Positions 56,467-64,000 of a stretch of DNA of 64,000 nucleotides are shown piece by piece. The position numbers were made by a program, and so were the translations under genes. Location: positions 34,329 to 98,328 of the forward strand of contig CAZHYS010000001.1 of NCBI GenBank assembly GCA_964536975.1. The letters run 5' to 3'. This DNA is from an uncultured Gammaproteobacteria bacterium. GTDB lineage: Bacteria > Patescibacteriota > Patescibacteriia > 2-01-FULL-39-33. The notes below the pieces were generated by a model, which saw only the letters and a program-made list of their open reading frames with translations, had not been told where the DNA came from and did not search any database. Within the stretch, counting starts at the first letter, position 1, and every line of letters begins with the position of its first letter.

Positions 56467-56472
56467 GGCCGC

Positions 56473-57297
56473 ATGGAAAAATATTGTTTTTTAAATGGTC
56501 GGACCGTGTCTTTGAAAAACGCGAAAATACCGATAGATGACATCGGCGTTTTGCGCGCTTATGGCGTTTTTGATTTTCTTCGCACTTATCATGGTCGGCT
56601 GTTTCTTTTTCGTGAACATTGGCAACGGTTTTGCCGATCGGCCAAGACATTGGGTGTAAAAATTCCGACTTCGGAGGCGCAGACCAAGAAGATAGTTTAT
56701 GATTTGATGAAGAAAAATGAGCTGTCAGATGCGACTGCCCGTCTGGTCTTGACTGGCGGCTCAAGTCGAGATGGCATGCATTTTGGCGATAGCCAGCCGA
56801 ACTTTTTCATTCTGCTTGGCAAAATTCCGCCGCGAAAAGAGAAGGATTATATCAATGGCGTGGAATTATTACCGGTAGAACATCAACGGGAATTTCCGAT
56901 CGCCAAATCAAATAGTTATTTGACCTCCATAAAATTCAAAAATTTTCCCCATTCAGATAAAATATTGGATTTGCTGTATTGCGACGATGGAAAAATCTTG
57001 GAGGGATCGACTTGCAATTTCTTTCTGATCAAGGGAAATAATTTGATCACAGCCAAGGATGGCATTTTGTCTGGTGTAACGAGAAATTTTGTCATCAAGC
57101 TGGCCAAGAAGAAAATGAAGGTGAAGGAAAGAGAGGTCTTGTTTGAAGAATTAAAACAGGCCGATGAGACGTTTATTACTACCACCACCAAAGAAATCCT
57201 GCCTGTGGTCAAAGTGGGAAAAGTCAAAGTCGGCTCTGGGAAAGTAGGTGAGAAGACAAAAATGTTGATGGGATTGTTTAGAGAAGCGGTTGGATAG
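56473..57297 (+). CDS. Class IV (fold type IV) PLP-dependent aminotransferase (BCAT/DAAT/ADCL family)
   Basis: About 270 aa; 'YGVFDFLRTY', 'EGSTCNFF', 'GVTR' motifs. Confidence 0.65.
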   Translation: MEKYCFLNGRTVSLKNAKIPIDDIGVLRAYGVFDFLRTYHGRLFLFREHWQRFCRSAKTLGVKIPTSEAQTKKIVYDLMKKNELSDATARLVLTGGSSRDGMHFGDSQPNFFILLGKIPPRKEKDYINGVELLPVEHQREFPIAKSNSYLTSIKFKNFPHSDKILDLLYCDDGKILEGSTCNFFLIKGNNLITAKDGILSGVTRNFVIKLAKKKMKVKEREVLFEELKQADETFITTTTKEILPVVKVGKVKVGSGKVGEKTKMLMGLFREAVG

Positions 57298-57373
57298 AAA
57301 ATTGTAATTATTAATTAGAAATTAGGATTTAGAAATTAGAAATTTAATGAGTAATTATTTTTTTTAAAATCCA

Positions 57374-58933
57374 ATGTCTTATAAAATCAGAAATAATTCA
57401 GAAACAAAAAAGGTTGTCCTGCTCATCCTTGACGGCTGGGGTTTGGGCGAGCAAAACGAAGGCAATCCGATTTATCTTGCCAAGACGCCTTTCATTGACT
57501 CGCTTTATCGCGATTATCCCTGGACAACTATTTGCGCCTCCGGCAAATGCTCCGGTTTGCCGCCGAATCAAGTCGGCAACAGTGAAGCCGGACATATCAA
57601 TCTTGGCGCGGGCCGGATAGTTGATCAGGACGTGGTTAAGATTTCCAAACAGATAAATACCGGCGAGTTTTTCAAAAATCCTGCCTTTTTGGCGGCGATA
57701 AATCACGCCCGCAAAAATAGAGCCGCCATTCATCTGATGGGGATGCTGTCTAACGGCCAGAGTCCGCATAGCGACCCCGATCATTTGCTGGCGCTACTCA
57801 CGTTATTGAGAACCAAGAGAGTAAAAGATATTTATTTGCATCTTTTTACTGACGGCCGCGATTCGCCGCCGCGTTCTTCGCTCAAATCAATGATGGCACT
57901 AGAAAGATTTTTGAAGCCAAATGAAGTCATTGCCACGGTAATAGGCCGGTTTTACGCTATGGACAGGAAGAAGTCCTGGGAGCGGACGCTGTGGGCGTAT
58001 GACGCGATGACATCCGGCCGGGGTCATGTTGGCAAAAGCCCGCAAGCCGGCATCACGCGAGCATACAACGCCAATGTGACTGATGAATTTATTGAGCCGG
58101 TCGTGATATATAAGAGAGGCAAGGCGGTGCGGCGGATAAAAGATGGCGATAGCGTGATTTTTTTCAATTTGCGGAGCGACCGCGCCAGACAGCTGGCCAA
58201 ACCGTTTGTGCAAAAAGAATTTGAAAAGAAAAATCCCGGCGCGCCCAAGCGCAAAGAAGTTTTGCAGGATGTTTCTTTTGTCGCCATGACTGATTTTGGT
58301 CCGGACTTGGACAGTATCCTGACGGCTTACCCTTCGGAGGATTTACGCAATACTTTGCCGATGTTGCTTCATGACAAACGCCAGCTTTATATCGCTGAGA
58401 GCGAAAAATACGCCCACGTCACTTTCTTTTTCAATGGCGGTTACGCTGATCCCGTGGCGGGCGAGAGGAGAGTCAAGATTCCTTCGCCGAAGGTGAAGTC
58501 TTATGATCAAACGCCGGCAATGTCTATGCCCAAAGTCGCCCAAAAACTAATTGCCAGCCTCAAAACCAGTGATTTTATCTGCGCTAACTTTGCTTGTCCG
58601 GACATGGTCGGGCATACCGGCAACATTAAAGCAGGAATAAAAACCGCCGAAGCAGTTGACAAATACGTCAAAAAAGTGGCTCAAGCTTGCATCAGAAATA
58701 AGGCTATCTTGATTATTACCGCCGATCATGGTAATCTTGAGCTTATGCTGAATATTGAAACAAACGAAATAATTACCGAGCACACGACCAATCCGGTGCC
58801 GCTAATTATTATTGATAAAAAGTTTAAAAACAAAAGGATAAAACGGGGCTATCTCGGCGATATCGCGCCGACTATTTTGGATATTTTTGATATTGCTAAA
58901 TCGGCTGAAATGACCAGAAGGAGCCTGCTTTAA
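57374..58933 (+). CDS. gpmI: 2,3-bisphosphoglycerate-independent phosphoglycerate mutase, paralog 1
   Basis: 'LLILDGWG', 'GNSEAGHINLGAGR', 'TADHGN'. Confidence 0.8.
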   Translation: MSYKIRNNSETKKVVLLILDGWGLGEQNEGNPIYLAKTPFIDSLYRDYPWTTICASGKCSGLPPNQVGNSEAGHINLGAGRIVDQDVVKISKQINTGEFFKNPAFLAAINHARKNRAAIHLMGMLSNGQSPHSDPDHLLALLTLLRTKRVKDIYLHLFTDGRDSPPRSSLKSMMALERFLKPNEVIATVIGRFYAMDRKKSWERTLWAYDAMTSGRGHVGKSPQAGITRAYNANVTDEFIEPVVIYKRGKAVRRIKDGDSVIFFNLRSDRARQLAKPFVQKEFEKKNPGAPKRKEVLQDVSFVAMTDFGPDLDSILTAYPSEDLRNTLPMLLHDKRQLYIAESEKYAHVTFFFNGGYADPVAGERRVKIPSPKVKSYDQTPAMSMPKVAQKLIASLKTSDFICANFACPDMVGHTGNIKAGIKTAEAVDKYVKKVAQACIRNKAILIITADHGNLELMLNIETNEIITEHTTNPVPLIIIDKKFKNKRIKRGYLGDIAPTILDIFDIAKSAEMTRRSLL

Positions 58934-58936
58934 TCT

Positions 58937-60523
58937 ATGGAAAAAGAACGTCCCAAACCGGTAGTTCTCATTATTCTTGACGGCTGGGGTATTGCGCCGC
59001 CTTCCCGGAGCAATGCCATTTCTTTGGCCAAGACCCCGGCTATTGATAATCTTATCAAGACTTATCCGGCTATGACGCTTCAGGCCTCCGGTGAAGCGGT
59101 TGGTTTGTCATGGGGAGAAATGGGCAACAGCGAAGTCGGCCATTTGAATATCGGCTCCGGCCGGTTGGTTTATCAGAATTTGCCGCGGATCAATAAAGCG
59201 ATCACCGACGGCGATTTTTTTGACAACAAAAAATTTCTCGCCGCCATTGAACATGTCCGAAAAAACAGTTCCAATCTCCACCTCGTCGGATTGGTATCTT
59301 CCGGCGGAGTACATTCATCAATTGATCATTTGTACGCCTTATTTGAGTTTTGCCGCAAAGAAAAATTGAAAGACAAGGTTTTTCTCCACGCTATTTTGGA
59401 TGGCCGCGACATGCCGTATAACTCCGGCGCTGATTTCATCAAAGAAGCGGCCGCCCGACTCAATGATTTGAAAGTGGGCCGCATCGCTTCTGTTTCCGGC
59501 CGTTTCTATGCTATGGACCGAGATAATCACTGGGAGCGCATTTCTCTCGCCTACAATGCCATGGTTCGGGGAGAGGCGGAAAGCCGTTTTGCTGATCCGG
59601 TAGAAGCGGTCCGGACGTCTTATGAAAAGAAAATTTATGATGAGGAATTTGTTCCGGCCGTTATCACCGAAAACGGCCAGCCAGTCGGGCGGATTAAGTC
59701 CGGTGACGCGGTGATTTTTTTCAATTTTCGCGCTGACCGCGCCCGAGAGCTGACCAAAACTTTTGTCTTGCCCGGTTTTTCCAAATTTCCGCGGGAGTAT
59801 TTGCGGAATTTGTATTTTGTGACAATGACCGAATACGAAGATGATCTGCCGGTGGAGGCGGCCTTTCCGCCGGAAACGATTGACACGCCCTTGGCCAAGG
59901 TTATCGCCGATGCCGGTTTGACCCAGCTCCATATCGCCGAGACGGAAAAATACACCCATGTCACATTTTTTTTAAATGGCGGGACAGAGACGGCATTTGC
60001 CGGCGAGGAAAGGATCTTGGTGCCTTCTCCTCGGATAAAATCCTACGCTGAAAAGCCGGAAATGGCCGCTCGGGAAATCACTCAAAAAGTAGCCAAAGAA
60101 ATTATTGATGATAAATACGATTTTATCGCGATTAATTTTGCCAATGGCGACATGGTCAGTCACACTGGCGATCTCAAAGCGACCGTCAAAGCCTGCGAGG
60201 TGGTTGATGATAGCGTGAAAAAAATCGTGGAGGCGGTTTTGGCTCATGACGGAGTGGCGATTATTACTTCTGATCACGGCAATGCCGAGGAGTTGATCAA
60301 TATGCAGTCCGGCAATATTGACAAGGAGCATAGCACCTATCCGGTGCCGTTTATTGTGGTCGGCAAACAATGGGAAGGCCGGACTGCCGGCAGTGTGGAC
60401 AGTCCGAATTCTGATTTGAGCTTGGTCAAGCCGTCAGGCCTCCTGTCCGATATCGCGCCGACAATTCTGAAAGTCATGAATCTGCCCAAACCCGAAGAAA
60501 TGACTGGCAAAAGCTTGATCTAA
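58937..60523 (+). CDS. gpmI: 2,3-bisphosphoglycerate-independent phosphoglycerate mutase, paralog 2
   Basis: 'LIILDGWG', 'GNSEVGHLNIGSGR', 'TSDHGN'. Confidence 0.8.
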   Translation: MEKERPKPVVLIILDGWGIAPPSRSNAISLAKTPAIDNLIKTYPAMTLQASGEAVGLSWGEMGNSEVGHLNIGSGRLVYQNLPRINKAITDGDFFDNKKFLAAIEHVRKNSSNLHLVGLVSSGGVHSSIDHLYALFEFCRKEKLKDKVFLHAILDGRDMPYNSGADFIKEAAARLNDLKVGRIASVSGRFYAMDRDNHWERISLAYNAMVRGEAESRFADPVEAVRTSYEKKIYDEEFVPAVITENGQPVGRIKSGDAVIFFNFRADRARELTKTFVLPGFSKFPREYLRNLYFVTMTEYEDDLPVEAAFPPETIDTPLAKVIADAGLTQLHIAETEKYTHVTFFLNGGTETAFAGEERILVPSPRIKSYAEKPEMAAREITQKVAKEIIDDKYDFIAINFANGDMVSHTGDLKATVKACEVVDDSVKKIVEAVLAHDGVAIITSDHGNAEELINMQSGNIDKEHSTYPVPFIVVGKQWEGRTAGSVDSPNSDLSLVKPSGLLSDIAPTILKVMNLPKPEEMTGKSLI

Positions 60524-60609
60524 GGCCGGTTTTGGCCGATTGTCTCGGCTTTTCGCCCCCTTTCGACGGGGTTGTTTTTTTTGGGAAAAAATGTTATTTT
60601 AATTATATT

Positions 60610-62100
60610 ATGAAAAAGATTTTTTCCAGCCGAACACTTGATTTTATTCCGGCGATGACGGTTTGGCTGACCCTTGTTGGCGTAGTGATTTTGTCATTTA
60701 TCCGTCCATTATGGGCGATTTATTTTGTTATTATCTTTGTAGTTTACTGGATTACCAGATTATTTTATATGATGGTTTGGCTGTTTATTTCTTGGTTTAG
60801 ATATTACCGCGACCATCGGATAAACTGGAGCGATAAATTAAAAACTCTGCCCAAGGATTATTGCGAGTATTACCACGTCGTCACTTATCCGACTTATAAA
60901 GAGCCATATGAAGTGGTTCGTCGATCATTTCAAAAACTGGCTGAGACAGATTATCCCAAAGACCGGATGATCATCGCTTTGGGCGGCGAGGAGCGTGATC
61001 GGGATAATTTTTTGCTTGTTGCCGAAAAAATCAAAGCTGAATTTGAAGATAAATTTTTCAAATTGCTTATCACTGTTCATCCGCCGGCGCCGGACGAGCT
61101 TCCCGGCAAAGGTTCCAATGTCAATTATATGGAACGCAATCTCCAGCGGGAGCTTGACGCCCTCGGCCTGGATTATGGCAAAGTGATCGTCTCTTGTTTT
61201 GATATTGAGACCTTGCCGCACCCGCAGTATTTTTCCTATTTGACTTATAAATACCTCACTCATCCCAATCCGGAGCGGGCAAGTTATCAGCCCCTCATTC
61301 TGTACAACAATAATATTTGGGAATCAAATCCGATTATCCGTGTCGTGGCGTCATCAACGACCTTTTGGCTATTGACCGATTTGTCTCGGCCGGAGAGGTT
61401 GCTCACTTTTTCTTCGCACAGCATGAGCTTTAAGATGCTGTCCGATGTCGGCTTTCATGACAAAACGATTGTGACTGAAGATTCGCGGATCTGTTTGCAG
61501 GGTCTGGTCAAGTATGACGGCGATTACGAAGTGGTGCCGATGTTTATCACTCTTTCAATGGACACGGTTTATATCGGATCTTTTTGGAAGAGCCTGTTTG
61601 ACCAATACAAGCAGATGCGGCGCTGGGCGTGGGGCGTGGAACATTTCCCTTGGATGTGGAAGAATTTTTTCGGGGCGGAAGCCAATCGGAAGATTCCGCT
61701 CAAGAAACGGCTGTTTTATTTCTGGAATCAGTTTGAAGGGATGTATTCTTGGGCGACTGCGCCGCTTCTTATCGCCATTGTCGGCCGTCTGCCTCTATGG
61801 CTGGCGTCTGATACTGATAGGGCGACGGCGTTTTTTCAAAACGCGCCATACACTTTGGAAAATTTGATGATGGTCGGCATGGTCGGATTAATAATTAACT
61901 CAATCCTTTACACTTTTATGTTGCCGACTCGGCCGAAGGGTTATCGCTGGTATAATTATTTGATTATGATGGCGCAATGGGTGATGTTCCCCGTGACAAT
62001 GGTGATATTCGGTTCTATTCCGTCAATAGACGCCCAGACGCGGCTAATGCTCGGCGGGAAACATCGCCTCGGTTTCTGGGTGACGAATAAGAAAGCTTGA
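60610..62100 (+). CDS. Membrane-embedded GT2 glycosyltransferase with QxxRW motif (processive synthase-like)
   Basis: N- and C-terminal TM helices; 'QMRRWAWG'; ORF opens at 60532, start set at MKKIF. Confidence 0.6.
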   Translation: MKKIFSSRTLDFIPAMTVWLTLVGVVILSFIRPLWAIYFVIIFVVYWITRLFYMMVWLFISWFRYYRDHRINWSDKLKTLPKDYCEYYHVVTYPTYKEPYEVVRRSFQKLAETDYPKDRMIIALGGEERDRDNFLLVAEKIKAEFEDKFFKLLITVHPPAPDELPGKGSNVNYMERNLQRELDALGLDYGKVIVSCFDIETLPHPQYFSYLTYKYLTHPNPERASYQPLILYNNNIWESNPIIRVVASSTTFWLLTDLSRPERLLTFSSHSMSFKMLSDVGFHDKTIVTEDSRICLQGLVKYDGDYEVVPMFITLSMDTVYIGSFWKSLFDQYKQMRRWAWGVEHFPWMWKNFFGAEANRKIPLKKRLFYFWNQFEGMYSWATAPLLIAIVGRLPLWLASDTDRATAFFQNAPYTLENLMMVGMVGLIINSILYTFMLPTRPKGYRWYNYLIMMAQWVMFPVTMVIFGSIPSIDAQTRLMLGGKHRLGFWVTNKKA

Positions 62101-62158
62101 ATTAATTTTCAATTTTCAATTTAAAATTTACAATAAATTTTCAATCTGCTTTCATGTT

Positions 62159-62300
62159 GTCATCCCGACCCCTTCGACTACGCTCAGGGTAAACTCCGTG
62201 GAGGGATCCCTCCACTCGTCCGCTTGGAGGCGTCCTCGGCCGGAATGACACAGTATCCCGAATTCCGAGTCGCTAGTCCCGGGTCCCGTTACTGGTTACT
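62159..62300. repeat. Dispersed palindromic element (inverted copy of 50188-50310 element)
   Basis: 'ttgtcatcccgaccccttcgactacgctcagggtaaactccgtggagggatccctcc...cgtccgcttggaggcgtcctcg' matches 50188-50310 in opposite orientation. Confidence 0.75.
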
Positions 62301-62441
62301 CGTCACTAATTGTCTTGCATTATTCGTATTATTAGTCCGCCTCGGGCGGATTCGTATATTAGCATCGTATTCCATTCCATTAGTATCATTAGTATAAATT
62401 AGTATATTAGCATTGTATTTAGTATATTAGCATCGTATACC

Positions 62442-63476
62442 GTGAAACTACCAAAAGTCACAATTCAAATCGTCACCTGGAATAGTCTGAAATTTTTGCC
62501 GTTTTGCCTCAAAGCGATTTTCAATCAGACTTATCGCGATTTTCAGGTACTCGTGATTGATAATAATTCCCAAGACGGAACAGTTGATTTTTTGCGCCGG
62601 AATTATCCCGAGGTGACGGTTTTTCAGAACAAAAAAAATCTCGGTTTTGCCAAGGCCAACAATCAAGGCATCAAGCTGTTCAACTCGTCTTTTGTCGTGG
62701 TTTGCAATCCTGATATCGTGATGGCGGAGACTTGGCTGGAAAAAATAATGGCCCAGGCCGAAAAAAAGCAGTACGAAGAATGCGGCAGCTTCGGCGGAAC
62801 GCTATTAAAGCTCCGGGCGATTAATTCTGATTTGGGCGAATTTGAGCAAACCAGCGCCATTGATTCGCGCGGACTGGTGATTTTCAAAAGCCATCGCATC
62901 GCCGAGATCGGCGCTGGCCAAAAAGATGACAAGATTGGCGATAGCGAGGTATTCGGCCACTCCGGCGCGCTAGTGATGTATCGGCGCTCGGCGCTGGAAG
63001 ATTGCCTCTACCGATCCAAAAGAAATCCGACCGGCGAATATTTTGACGAAGATTTTTTCTTTTACAAAGAAGACGCGGATTTGGCTTGGCGGCTTCGTTT
63101 GGCCGGCTTCAAGTCGCTGTTTGTCGCCGGCGCCCGCGCTTATCATATCCGTTCTTTGGCGGAAAACAACGCCAAGACAACAGGGGAGATTGTCAAAAAC
63201 CGGCGCCAGCAGTCGGCCCTGGCTCGCCGGCACTCCTATCGCAATCATTTGTTTGTCTTGATAAAGAACGAATCTTGGAAAAATTTATTGAGATATTTCC
63301 CGTTTATTTTTTTCTATGAATTAAAAAAAATAATTTATATCCTGATTTTTGAGTGGACCACTTTGCCGGCGATAGGCGATTTTTTCCGCCTGCTGCCGCG
63401 GATGCTTAAAAAACGCCGGAACAATCTGAAGCAGGCGCGAGTCAGTCCGCAAGAAATCAGAAAATGGATAAAATAA
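62442..63476 (+). CDS. GT2 glycosyltransferase, GTG start
   Basis: 'VTIQIVTWNSLKFL...VLVIDNNSQDGT', 'DEDFFFYKEDADLAWR'. Confidence 0.75.
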   Translation: MKLPKVTIQIVTWNSLKFLPFCLKAIFNQTYRDFQVLVIDNNSQDGTVDFLRRNYPEVTVFQNKKNLGFAKANNQGIKLFNSSFVVVCNPDIVMAETWLEKIMAQAEKKQYEECGSFGGTLLKLRAINSDLGEFEQTSAIDSRGLVIFKSHRIAEIGAGQKDDKIGDSEVFGHSGALVMYRRSALEDCLYRSKRNPTGEYFDEDFFFYKEDADLAWRLRLAGFKSLFVAGARAYHIRSLAENNAKTTGEIVKNRRQQSALARRHSYRNHLFVLIKNESWKNLLRYFPFIFFYELKKIIYILIFEWTTLPAIGDFFRLLPRMLKKRRNNLKQARVSPQEIRKWIK

Positions 63477-63492
63477 AAGCAAGCCGTTCCAT

Positions 63493-63531
63493 TCTTCCCT
63501 CTCCTTGTCTGAAGGAGGGGGTAGGGGGAGG
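63493..63531. repeat. GC-rich palindromic mini-repeat, copy D (intergenic)
   Basis: 'ccctctccttgtctgaaggagggggtagggggagg'. Confidence 0.65.
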
Positions 63532-63553
63532 TCCAAGGGAATTAAATAATTTA

Positions 63554-64000
63554 TGGAAATTTCAATTATTATCAATAATTACAAAACCAGAGGACTACTC
63601 AAGCAGTGTTTGAAGGGGATTTATCTTTATCCGCCAAAAGTTGGGTTTGAAGTAATAGTGGTGGACAATAATTCCGGCGATGGCAGCGCGGAGATGGTCA
63701 AAGAAAAGTTTCCCCAAGTGAAGCTGATAGAAGCCAAGGCCAATCTCGGCCATCACAAAGGCAACAATCTCGGCATCAGGAATTCCTCGGGAAAATATAT
63801 TTTGATTTTGAATACTGACATCGCCATTTTGGATCATTCTATTGATCGGATTTATGATTTCATGGAAGCTAATCCTGAAGCGGCCTTGGTCGGTCCCAAA
63901 CTCAAAAATCCCGATGGCTCCATCCAGATGTCATGCCTAAGGTTTCCTGGCAAATTCGTGCCTATTTACCGCCGGACATTGCTCGGCCGTCTGCCCTTTG
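63554..64000 (+). CDS. GT2 glycosyltransferase (partial, runs off window)
   Basis: 'ISIIINNYKTRGLLKQCL...VIVVDNNSGDGS', 'ILILNTD'. Confidence 0.7.

Noticed and set aside
60555-60580. Terminator after gpmI-2
   Set aside because: Stem only 4-5 bp ('ccccc...gggg'); too weak to call despite the T-run.

Overview
The window is 64 kb, mostly on the + strand, with short or overlapping intergenic spacers and about 42-48% GC with local excursions. It looks like an uncultivated bacterium, possibly a CPR/Patescibacteria-like reduced genome. This is a weak inference from gene content and the dispersed palindromic repeat families.

The window contains three larger units:

- **Cell-envelope glycan cluster (about 41-33682).** About 30 kb, opening with a CotH kinase-like / VTC / DUF4956 trio. 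It carries a NodB deacetylase fused to a GT-C-like membrane domain, several GT2 and GT4 glycosyltransferases, a NodU/CmcH carbamoyltransferase, a sulfotransferase, three SAM methyltransferases and a B12-binding radical SAM protein. It also encodes a Wzx-like flippase fused to a FemAB-like domain, a second NodB deacetylase, the priming phosphoglycosyltransferase, CysD plus a fused CysN-CysC (PAPS synthesis), an S8 peptidase, GtrA, and a UXS-like SDR whose catalytic residues are replaced. The gene content points to a heavily decorated (sulfated, carbamoylated, methylated, de-N-acetylated) glycan.
- **Compositionally distinct block (34354-36945).** Five strong-RBS orphan genes, one with a REC-like domain, followed by iteron-like direct repeats. 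Nearby are a GC-rich PEP-CTERM protein, an MFS transporter, an ankyrin-repeat protein, RmuC and a GT-C-like membrane protein.
- **Group 3b-like [NiFe] hydrogenase operon (44937-51941), order hydB-hydG-hydD-hydA.** It is interrupted by two four-helix-bundle genes, an AbrB-like small gene and an unusual HypC-radical SAM fusion. It is followed by a HypA-like protein lacking a Zn finger. The intergenic spacers here are built from inverted and tandem repeat families, including a 106-bp tandem duplication of the hydA start.

The right end holds glycolysis genes (pgk, eno, two tandem gpmI paralogs), an SIMPL protein, a class IV aminotransferase and more GT2 genes. A short GC-rich palindromic mini-repeat occurs at four loci, twice in-frame inside CDSs, encoding 'RGRLGGG'. 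No tRNA, rRNA or CRISPR array was recognised.

All calls rest on motif recognition by eye; no searches were run.
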